From NCBI RefSeq assembly GCF_036321535.1, contig NC_087437.1:91948001-92012000 (forward strand): a stretch of DNA of 64,000 nt, read 5' to 3'. Shown in pieces: positions 53,069 through 64,000 of this stretch. Position numbers and translations under genes: made by a program. The notes under the pieces are model-generated. The model had not been told where the DNA came from and did not search any database. It saw only the letters and a program-made list of their open reading frames with translations. Numbering within the stretch: the stretch's first letter is position 1; every line of letters begins with the position of its first letter. Origin of the DNA: Camelus dromedarius. Taxonomy: Eukaryota.

Positions 53069-54675
53069 AACAATACTGAAAAGGAGAACAAAATTAGAGA
53101 ACAGACACTACCTGACTTCAAGACTTATTGTAAAGATATAGTAATCAAGACATGTGGTATTGGAGAAAGAGTAATCAAACATATCAGTGGAACACAACAG
53201 AGAACCCAGAAATAGACTCTCATAAATATAATCAAATCATCTTTGACAAATGAGCAAAGGCAATACAATGGAGCAAAGATTTTCTTTTCAACAAGTGGTG
53301 CTGGAAGAACTGGACATCTACTTGCAAAATCATGAATCTCATTGCAAAACTTGCACCCTTCACAGCACTTAACAAATTGGATCACAACCTAAATGTAAAA
53401 TGGATAACTATAAAACCCCCAGGAGACAACATAGGAGAAAATTTAGATGTCCTTGGATATGGTGATGATGTTTAGATAAAACAGCAAAGGCACAACCCAT
53501 GAAAGAAATAACTGATAAGCTAGACTTCATTAACAATAAAATTTTCTGTTCTATAAAAGACACTCTTAAGAGAGTGAAAAAACAAATCACGGGCTAAGAG
53601 CAACTATTAAGGAAATTTTCTCATATCTGATCAGAGACTATTATCCAAAATACATGAAGAACTCTTAAAACCCCAAAATAAGAAAACAATCAAATTTTTA
53701 AAAAATAGGTCAAAGAACTTAAATACCTCACCAAATAAAATATACAGATGGGACATAAGTATACAAAAAGATGCCCCACATCACACGTCATCAGAGAAAT
53801 GAAAATTAAAACCACAATGCAACACCACTACATAAATATCAGAATGGCCAAAATCCAGAACACTGACATCAAATGCTGGTGAGGATAAGGTGTAACAGGA
53901 CCTCTCATTCATTTACAGTGGGAATGCAAAATGCTATAGCCTCTTTGTAAGACTCTTTGGAGGTTGCTTATAAAATTAAAAATACTCTCACCATATGATT
54001 CAGCAATCTTGCTCCTTGGTATTTTCCCAAAGGAGGTGAAAAAACTATGTCCACAATAAAACGTACACACAAATGTCTATAGCAGCTTTATTCATAATTG
54101 TTAAAACTGTAAGCAACCCAGATGTTCTTCAGCATGATAATGGATAAATAAACTGCAATACATTCAAACTGTGGCATATTACTCAGCACTAAAAAGAAAT
54201 GAGCTATTAAACCATGAGAAGACACAGAGAAACCTCAAATATGTATTATTCAGTGAAAGAAGCTAATATGAAAAGATTACATACTGTATGATTCCAATTA
54301 TACATTTCAGAAAAGGCAAAACTACCTAGACAATAAAAATATCAGTGGTTTCCAGGTGTTATGGGTGGAGGGAGAAATAATTAGGTAGAGCACAGAGGAT
54401 TTTTTGGACAGTGAAACTATTTTGTATAATACTATAATGGTGGACACATGTCATTGTATGTTTGTCCAGACCCATAGAATGTACAACACCTAGAATGAAC
54501 CCTAATGTGCACCATACATTTTGAGTGATAATTATGTGTCAATGTAGATTCATCTAAAATGTACATTTCTGGTGGGGATGTTGACAATGGGGGAGGCTGT
54601 GCATGTACAGAGGTAGGGGATAGATGGAAATCTCTGTACCTTTTGCTCAATACTAAAAATAAATTCTATTTTTAA
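53069..54675 (+). mobile_element. 5'-truncated L1MC1-like element with exact 14-bp TSD
   Basis: agaagttgcaaagg at 53055-53068 and 54676-54689. ORF2 C-terminal relic (TLPDFKTYCKDIVIKT). L1MC1-type 3'UTR (tctggtggggatgttgacaatgggggaggc). Confidence 0.92.
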
Positions 54676-54844
54676 AGAAGTTGCAAAGGGTTCATACTAT
54701 TTCAATTTTTTGAGGGTACTAATGTACAGAAAATTTTAAAAAATACCAAAGCAAGATTTTAAAAATAGGCACACCCTACATTGAGAGATAATATTCCTTT
54801 CTTTTAAACCTCAGTGTAATGTGTAATGTTTTGGTCAACAGAAT

Positions 54845-55253
54845 GTGGTGGAAGATGAGGCAATAGAAAGTGATCTAAATTTTACATGGCTTTCTCTCAG
54901 AACACATGCTTTGGGAGCTTTGATCCTACATATGAGAATTCTGACCACCCTAACCCTGATGGCCAGATCACAAGGAGGGAAAGAGATTCCTGAAGAACTG
55001 TAGATGTCCCAGCTCCAATCTGGTCAATCCCAATTACCAGATATGTACATGTAGAAGCTTTTATTGAAATAACCCAAGCCCTAGACTTCACTGTACCGCA
55101 ACCGCTTGATTGACCCTAATGTAGAATGAGCCAGCAGAGTCACTCCAATTCTTGATCCACAGATATTATGAGAGATAATAATTAATGTTGCTTTAAGTCA
55201 CTTAAAATTCACTTAATTTGGGGATAATATTAAACAAAAATAGTAACTGATAG
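54845..55253 (+). mobile_element. MLT1 (F/G/H-like) solo LTR
   Basis: Starts tgtggtgg and ends tgatccacagatattatgagagataata...ttgctttaagtcact...aatagtaactgata. Confidence 0.7.
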
Positions 55254-56392
55254 AGAAATAGCTTATTAGCTTGAAATTGTTCTTACTATCTTTATTTTTA
55301 ATAATCAGTTTAGATTTACATTTAATTCAAGCTTAAAGTTGATATTTTAATGCTTTCAACAAAAACTTAGAGCAATTTGATTCTATTTACCATCTCCTGC
55401 ACACACAAATCACACACATTTATAATTTTTAGCATGCAAATACTCATTGTAATTGTTTTTAAAGGCCAGTGTCTGTTGACATTAACCCATACACTTACTG
55501 TTTCAGGAGAAACAAAAAAAATTAACCATTATAGCTTTTAATATTTCTCAGGGTATATTCTGTCTATGTATGTTTCTGTCTCTGTCTCTCTTAAAATTCT
55601 GAACCCCCCAAATTTATTGATTAAAATATATGGCTCTCTCCTTCACATCTCAAACTTTTTTATGTATTACATCTTTTTATTCCTCTTTATTAAGTCTTGC
55701 ATAATTTCTTCTAAACTTTATGATAGTTGATTAATTTCCTCTCAACTCTGCCTAAACCCTTGTTTAAAATCATTATGTTGCTATGTATTTTATATATATG
55801 ATTTTTTCTTTAGAGTTCTATAAGTTTTATTTGCTTCTAAAACTATCAAAATATATAATTTAGAATTTCACTCCAAGTTTTGTTCTAAAAATAATAATCC
55901 ACATGTTTTAGAAACAAATTATTAGAAATCAATATTTGATGTATTTTATATATTTTAAAATGTATAAAAGTTTTCATTTAATAAAAATAGCATGAATTAG
56001 GATTTATTGAGCATTGGTATACTAAGAATAAATAATACTTATATAAATGCTTGCAGAATTTTTGCTGTACTATAAAAGAAAGGCAAAAGGAAACAAATTT
56101 ATTTCAATGATAAGTTTCATGGACTCCAAACTAAATCTGTTAAGAAGTACTAAGCTTGCATCAGTATTAGCTCTAAAATACATTGTAAACGCTTCAACAG
56201 TTTGATTGATGTTTAGATTAGTTTTGTCAATAATTTTTAATAATACATGATCTTCAGGGTATACATTCTTAATTAAAAATATGTAGTATTGAATAAATTA
56301 TAAGGTATACTCTGGGGCATGTATTTAGGACCCATTTGTCTTCTTGCCCACTTGTATAAGTTACTTATATATATTTGAGAGGAATATTAGGT

Positions 56393-56482
56393 AGATTATT
56401 TCATGGCCAAGTGTGTTTCATTGTCCAATGTCCAAGTATTGGTGAATTACTCTTCATGGCCAAGTGTGTTTCACTGCCCAAT
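56393..56482. repeat. Local direct repeat with 53-bp period
   Basis: ttcatggccaagtgtgtttca identical at 56400 and 56453. Confidence 0.9.
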
Positions 56483-58174
56483 TCTTGAGTTAAACATAGC
56501 ATTAATGTTAAACGGTATCTACATGTAACTGGAATAACAGAACAAGCAAATAAAAGACTAGTACTGAGTACAGGGAAAAGTGGTTCCTGTTGCTCAGGAT
56601 AGCCAAGAGGAGGATAGCTCTTAGGGACCAGCCTGTCACTGCCCCATCCCCCAGATGTCAAGGGAGCATCTGGCACTAGATCCTGGATGAGGTGCTTACT
56701 CAGCTACTCCTGACTCTTTTCACCCAAGTGATGTTAAAATGTTTGTTAATTAGGGGTAAATTTTTGAATTTAATATTCTCCCTTTGATGTGTGATAATAT
56801 TATATGACATAATATAATATATTGTATTTCACATGCCTCCTACAGAAACTGCCTTCTCCTTAAAACATTCCTAGAAAACTTTCAGGAACTTTTCTGAATT
56901 TTGTACACTAGAATGGAACATTGAGAGGAATAAATTATTTTCAAGGGAAAATGAAGGGAAAAATAGCCATTATAGGCAGTGAATCAGAGGGAAGAGAAGG
57001 CTGAAATTAAATGTATGTTTAGAATGTATTCCAAATGTCTGTGTAAAAAAATTAATACAATATTATAAAATAAACATACATATTTCTAAAAACTCAGAGG
57101 TATCTAAAACATCATGGTCTCATTTAAATTAACTGCTGCTTCCAACATTTCCCTTGTGGTTCATAATCTATGTTTTGATTTTACAAGCATACTTTTCTCA
57201 AGCTGATAAACTTGGCTTCAGATTCCTAATTTTATATTAACCACTAGGCAATTAATTCTCTTATATATACATTTCTTCTTTCAGTGAGATTTTTCTTTAC
57301 CCTCATCAGAGATAGTCAGCATATATTTATGTGACCTAAAGTGTAATATATTCAGCCTTATTACTGCCAGGATGACATGTATTTTTGCAATGGGATAGTG
57401 TTATAGAAAACTAAATCTTTCTTAATAGTGATCATTATATAGTTATAAGCCTGACCAAGAAGTATCATTAAGTGCTATTGACCTACATATTTTCTGAATC
57501 ATAATGTCCCTGGGTTTTAGTAATCAACTACATGCTAACTAGAAAAATAATGTCTTTAAACATTTAAATAAACAGTTTTAAAAGGGTATGTATTTTCAAG
57601 ACTGATGAAAAAAACAGTGAAACTGTCATATTTCTAGTATTAGAACTAAGCAGTAGAAATCTTTAGAAATCAATATACGTATCCATAAAAATGATTATAT
57701 TTGTACTTATCTCTAGTAAGTTGTCATTGGACAATAATGAAAAATATGCATAAATATGTTTGTCAGATTTTAGGAATATATAATGGTTGTATATATGTAT
57801 TCTATACTAGTATAATTTTTTAAAGCCCATATTTTAAAAGAAGAGAAGATATATAACAAAGAGAAAAAGGATATCTAGTATATATTCTTTAAAAAATTGT
57901 TGTAATATGGCTTTATTTAATATTAAGTACAAATAATCTGCAGAAATAATGATGTTAGGTGAGAAAGCAGACGTTTACATAAATACGAATTTATATACGG
58001 AGTCAGAAGATATGAGAGTAATATATGTTAGTGTATTAGAATTTTGTAATGTTCTCTACTTATTTCCAAATATTCTGAAAATAATTAAAGTAATTAAAAT
58101 TGAACTGAATTTTGAACTACTTTAAATGTCCCAAATTCTTAAAATAAAGGAAATTAATATGATAAAATGGATAA

Positions 58175-58558
58175 GTTTCTTACTGTTTGGGTTACCTTCA
58201 AATGAATGGTTTAAAAGTAAGTTATCTCACAATTCTGGAGATTGGAAGCCCCAAATCAAGGTGTTAGCAGGGTTGGTTTCTTCTAAAAGATACTAGAAAA
58301 AGATCTGTTTCAAGCCTCTCTCTTTGGCTTATAGGTAGGATTATCTATCTTCTCACCACCTTCCCTCTAGTCATGCCTGTGTCTGAATTCAAACCTCCTC
58401 TTTTACAAGAAATCATATTGGGATTAGGGTCCACACTAGTGACCTCATCTTAATTACATTTGCAATGATACATTTCCAAATAATCTCACATTCTAAGGTA
58501 CTGGGGATTAGGACTTCAGCTTATGAATCTGGGGTAAGATATTATTCACGCTATAGCA
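58175..58558 (-). mobile_element. MLT1B/C-like LTR
   Basis: ctcacaattctggagattggaagccccaaatcaaggtgttagcagggttgg and cacattctaaggtactggggattaggacttca. Confidence 0.85.
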
Positions 58559-59642
58559 CTATGCCTTTTTGCCCCCAAATAGTCATGTCCTTTTAACATG
58601 CAAAATGCATTCACCTCATTCCAACATTCTCCGAAGTCTTAACCCATTCTAGATCAACTCTAAGTGCAAAATCTAATCTAAATAGCATCTGAATCAGGTA
58701 TGGATGACACTCGAGATATTAATCATATTGAGGCTAAATTCTATTCCCTCTGAACATGTGAAACCAAATGAGTTATCTGCTTTGAAATACAAAGGTGAGA
58801 CAGGCATAGGATAGATATTCCAATTCCAAAAGGGGGAAATCAGGAGAAAGAAAGAGGTCACAGTCCCTAAGCAAGTCTAAAATCTATCAGGCACATTCCA
58901 TTTAATCATAAGTTGTGAAACTTATCTTTTTTGGCTTGATGCTCTGTTCTCCAGGTCCAACAGCATGGCAGTCCTACTTTCCAGGTCCACCAGGGTCCCT
59001 CAGCCCTGGGCAGTGGGCTAAGACCACTTAAACTTGGAGGGAGATGGCCCAGTCCTCCAGGCCTTTCTTCAGGCCCCCTGGACCGCTGGTGGCAGTAGTC
59101 ACCTCTCCCCACACTGGTTTCTTAGTTACCTTTGGAATCATTCTTCCCTTTTCTTGAAGGATAACACATGTTCATGACCAAATAGCTCCGTTTAGTCCAT
59201 TTTCTATCTACAGAACACCAGACAGCAAATGCCCTTCTTTCATTTTGTTCTATCTTGGTTCCCTTGTGTCCAAGCTAGAAGCAATGATGCTAAGATGGTT
59301 GCTTAGATCCACAAGTCATGCACCAAACCTCTTTAACAAATTCACCAAGGCACACCTTTGGCATTCTCCTCCTAAAACATACTCTCTCATTTGTGGCAAT
59401 CTGGGTAGGCTAAGAATTTATAATTCTTCAGGTTCTAATTCCTTTCTATTTAATAATTTCTTCTTTAATCTGTCTCTGTCCTCTCGTGTTTTACTACAAG
59501 TAGCATAAAGAAATAAGGCTTTACCTTTTAACATTTTGCTTAGAAATTTTCTTAGCTAGATAGGTAAGTTTACTGCTTACAAATTTTTTATTTTCCATCC
59601 AGCAGAACACTATTCATACAAGTCTGCTGTCACCTTATGACA
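58559..59642 (-). mobile_element. MLT1 internal (MaLR-int) segment contiguous with the LTR
   Basis: catgcaaaatgcattcacctcattccaaca...aagtcttaacccatt and gacaggcataggatagatattcc, recalled MLT1-int motifs. A purine-rich tract abuts the LTR on the minus strand. Confidence 0.8.
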
Positions 59643-61621
59643 ACATTTATTTAAGAAAATATTGTTTTCCAAGGAAGGTAAAAACAAGTCATATAATATA
59701 TTCTATAAGTGCACTGAAGTTCCAACTGTTTTTTATTTTTTCTTCAGGAGCTCCAAACATTCTCCAATGAAAGATATACTAAAGGAAAATGCACTAATAG
59801 GTCAGAGGCAGAAAACTATTGGTTTTACAAGTAACACTGAGTCACAAGACATCTTTCAAACCAAAAGATAGACTGGATACAAGATCATTTAGGGAGTAAG
59901 GTTTGGATACCATTACTAAATATCATGGAGTATAGTCTTGGCTAGATTCTTATATCAGATTCATGAAACTTTGGACATGCTCTAAAACATTCTGGTCAAT
60001 CCACAAATTATGAATATTCAATGACTTCTAATATTCATTATAATAATCATTGAGTCATTAATTTTAATTTTACCAATACCCACACATTACAGACATTCAG
60101 TAAATTAATTAACTAATATCTCATTTGATCAGAATTAAAGGAAGTTGAAGTGCTTATAGTATCAATGTCTAAACTGTATCCTTTTTGATAAAATGCTAGA
60201 TGGCATCCCCTGATGCTCAAATATAGATTCTTGCACCCGGGCATAATTTTAAGTAACACCCATACATGTATGATATCACACTATGTTGAGAGATTTTTAA
60301 ATAAGTTATTGTCATAATAAAACATAATAAATCCATAACATAATAAAATCCATAAAATTTTGAGTAATAATGTAAGGGTAGGTGGTGTTCAGAAAAAATA
60401 TACTGAAAGGAATACATTTTATCAGAAAGGAATAGAGCAATAACAACCACAAAATATGGAGAAGACAAATCTACAATAAAATTTAGCAGATGATTTATTA
60501 GTCTCCATATATGTACACCCTGGGATAACACTTGACAGCTAGCCACAAAATAAACTTTTACAACATTTTATAAGATTCAACTCCTTCATTAAAGCTTTGA
60601 TGTACCACTTTCGGCAGCAGAGACTGGTTGTTCTGAGGAGGTAGTACAACCTTCCACCCACTATGACATTTCATTATGTCCTGTCTTCTACAAAGCTAAG
60701 CCTCAACTTCTGAAGATGAGTGTAATATAGTACTGAGATAGGGGCCAACTTCAAACTTTCTTTTTAAAGCGTAAAGTGTGTCATACTTCAAACCAGTGCT
60801 TCCCTAAATATTGGCATGCTTTTGCTTGTAGACCTAAAGTTTACTTTGTAGCATTCTGAAACTATTTTTTTCTGGAAGCAAAATCATTATTAATAAAATC
60901 TTCTGTATTTTTCCTTCTATCTTTTGCTTGTTTCTTTGATCCCCACATTATGGAAATGAGCATTTTATCCATAAATATGATGTATTTCAAAACAACTTGA
61001 ATAAATGTCATTTTATTCAATTAAGATTAAACTATTCTTTTAGAAGACTTGAAAATGTATGGAATATATTAACAAAGGGAGTTTTATATAAATTATTCTA
61101 TGTATCTATAGTCTTCTATGAATCTCACAACAGTAAATGAAAAAATACATCTAAATTGATTAAACATATCCTTACAAAAATCAGTATTAGCTTTGTATTT
61201 TTATGACTAGCAATCATATTATAAGATGACTAGAATCTAATAATACACTTTGATCCTCACAATTGCTTAACTTTAATAAAACAGTAAATGTGGCATGTGA
61301 TTGTTGACTGAAATCATTATAGTTACAGAAGCTAGTCTAGGCTTGTATTAATAAATTCTCAAGTATGCAGAACAATATGACCAAATTGCTTTGTGGTATT
61401 CAGGATAAAAGTATTCTTTGTTAAAATGATATTCTGAAAAGAGAGTTGACTTGAACTTGAAGAGTTGGCTAGAAATGTAGAATTCATTCTTCAAATTTTT
61501 TGCATTATGTAAATATATTTTATCTTAACTTGTACAAATACTAGGTTCAACTATATTTTTGATTTTATATCTCTAATAAAGTGGTTGCCATCTACTTCAA
61601 ATGTCATTTCTTCGGAAAAAT

Positions 61622-61682
61622 ATTTATCTATCTATCTATCTATCATTTATCTATCTATCATCTATCTGTCCATCCATCCATC
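61622..61682. repeat. (TATC)n/(CATC)n tetranucleotide repeat
   Basis: Directly visible, interrupted. Confidence 0.9.
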
Positions 61683-62944
61683 AGTAATGTATGTTGTTAC
61701 AAATGATGTATTGATATTAAAATTATAATTTGGATTTTAAGTAGAGAAAGGAGTAGAAGCAAATTAAAGTACTGCAGTTTGGAGCTGACCTTTCTTTAGC
61801 AAACAAAACTTTCAGGATGTAAACCACCCCTACTACATTCTTTATGAAACAGAACTTAAACTATTTAATTTAGTGTATTTATGAGATCACTTACAAAATT
61901 CAATATTGTTGTAATTACTTTAGAGCATTTCTGCAAAATTAAAAGACTAAAATCTGTATTGCATATTATTTGATTTGAGATGACTACATGAGAAAATCCT
62001 GATTATGTCTCAGAATTCCTTTGGGAGATTTAGTTGTATGCTAGTTTGCATTGGCTTACTTTTTTAGTACATTACATTAGAGCTATACTCTCATCCAATG
62101 CAGGCTGAGAATTCAAAAAAAAAAAAAAAATCCCTAGATGCCAGTTTCCTGATTACAAGGAAGCAATTAGTAATAGAATCTAAATTTGCATTCCTGCCAT
62201 GGAGAGATGAAAACCTCGTGAGAGTAACTCAGTGAGCTGCATTTCTAAGAGGCATACCTAGAAGAACAAAATACATGCCTGGGAAGAAAAAGTGCAACAC
62301 CATCAGTCTATTTAGATTATTTATTTAAATTTATCTCTTAACTTTATTTTTCCACAATAGTCTAATATAACACATCAGAAAAATTAAGATTGAGTTTGAG
62401 TCTAAAGCATAGTACAGATGATTTTAATATATATATTCCATTATTTTGAAGGATTTTCTATCTTTGTGAAGTGTTACCCTTTTCATGTTTCTTTTCAAGT
62501 GAGTAAAGAATTTTTACTAAAAAGAAGAGAATATCTGGAAAACAGAAAGAAAGACACAAAGGAACAAAGTAAGAAAATCTAATCAATCCTCTAATTAAAG
62601 AATATTCATTTGCTCACACACACTTTATTAATTGTGTATTAAGGATTTAATTCAAAAGAATTAAAAAAAATAAAAAACATTTTACAAGATCAGTGTGATA
62701 CATACGTATCATACCTCACTAAATATATCACTATATTATGTAATGTATATTTAGGTAATGACAAATTAATTTCATGGAAAAATGGTAATACACATTCTGA
62801 CTATCTTTTAGGACTTTTTGTGAGTACTAGTTTACAATAAGAAATGTCTAATTGATTAGTCCAATGTAAGTTAGTGTCCATAGGCTGAGGAGACATTTTA
62901 TCTCTAGACTCATAAAGTTGCCTACCTTATAAACATAAATAAAA

Positions 62945-63085
62945 CATCCTTTCAGATTATATTATCATGACAGTTTTGTAGGTGAGCAAATAAGATTGTT
63001 TAACTAATTATTCAGTCATTAAGGGGCATAATGGGATTCAACAATTTGCACAAAAATGGTTAAGGCTGAGAGTCTGCTTTGCTCC
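62945..63085 (-). mobile_element. Highly diverged MIR
   Basis: cagttttgtaggtgagcaaataaga...gggattcaac resembles reverse MIR. Confidence 0.4.
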
Positions 63086-64000
63086 ATCTCTTTACTGGGT
63101 CTCATCAATAAACGCCTAAAATATTGGCCTCTATTTGATGTCCTCCTTTTTCAACCACTGTGAGATGAATTTTCACAATCACACCTCTGAAACTATTTGC
63201 AATGGAATTATTTAACTGCTCAAATACTGATCACCCAACCAATAAACTACAGTTTCAGCTGTTAAGTTACTTGATTTCATTATTGAATTTTAATACTTTT
63301 GGCCACGCTTACTTTATTAAGGAAAGAAAAAACCTCCTCTGATGTTTCTGTAGTATCTCTCTTAGTTCTCAATTTACATTTTCAGCTAAGTCTCCCTTGT
63401 GGACTATATTCTTTAATGTCAAATGCTTAAGTGGTTGGCTGTTTCCTACAGTTTTCTGCCCAGTTCTGGCACTTACAGCAGTGAAATATTCCCAGAAAAG
63501 CCACAATTAATCATTTATATTACAATAACTCCTCATTTTTATGGTCAATGTAGAATATCTCATTGGGACCCACATACATGTATCTGTCTATCAATATATA
63601 GATTAACTACATGGCTGAGAGGAGACTCAGTTTCACACACCAAATTGAATTGAATTGAATAATTTGTCCCGATAAGTTGAGATTATATTATCACATGCAT
63701 ATTTATTGTGGCAGATATTTATCATCCAGAAATCTTGAAACATCCTTCTAATAGTTATATAGCTTTCAATTAATTACTGTCATAATATCCATGTATACAT
63801 TTGGCATTGTATACAACCTATAAAAGATTCAAATAAAACTAAAATTTAGTGAACTACATTATTAGAAAATAAATTCTGGCTTTATTATTGTATTTGCAAG
63901 ATAGGAATGCATAGACTATAAATTTATTTAAGTAAAACAATTCTATAACACAGAATGTACTATTAATTGGTGAAAATGTATTCATATTACTTTAGCCTTT

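Noticed and set aside
60217..60546. 109-aa minus-strand ORF
   Set aside because: Non-ATG start and low-complexity Y/F/I-rich translation typical of AT-rich non-coding DNA.

Overview
AT-rich placental-mammal genomic DNA, intronic or intergenic, and not prokaryotic. It is dominated by decayed retrotransposons: several large LINE-1 copies (mostly + strand), L2 and MIR relics, MaLR/MLT LTRs with one internal segment, two ERV1-class solo LTRs (one MER41-like), one MER46C-like Tigger MITE and several microsatellites. No Alu, B1, Bov-A or PRE-1 SINEs were seen. The young L1 3' ends and the MER41-like LTR suggest a cetartiodactyl, possibly a camelid (inference). No intact protein-coding gene, RNA gene or CRISPR array can be supported. 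Most entries in the ORF track are broken L1 frames, their antisense shadows or microsatellite read-through. The best non-repeat signal is a 201-nt minus-strand exon candidate (8883-8683) with a consensus donor, one in-frame TGA and a C-terminal NHL/YWTD-like motif; two weaker minus-strand exon candidates lie upstream. The other notable items are structural: internally deleted or chimeric L1s, a higher-order repeat in an L1 5'UTR, and a GAS motif created at an LTR junction. I did not find convincing evidence of a new biological system. Subfamily names are from recall of consensus sequences, not from a database search, and boundaries are approximate unless a TSD or TIR is quoted.
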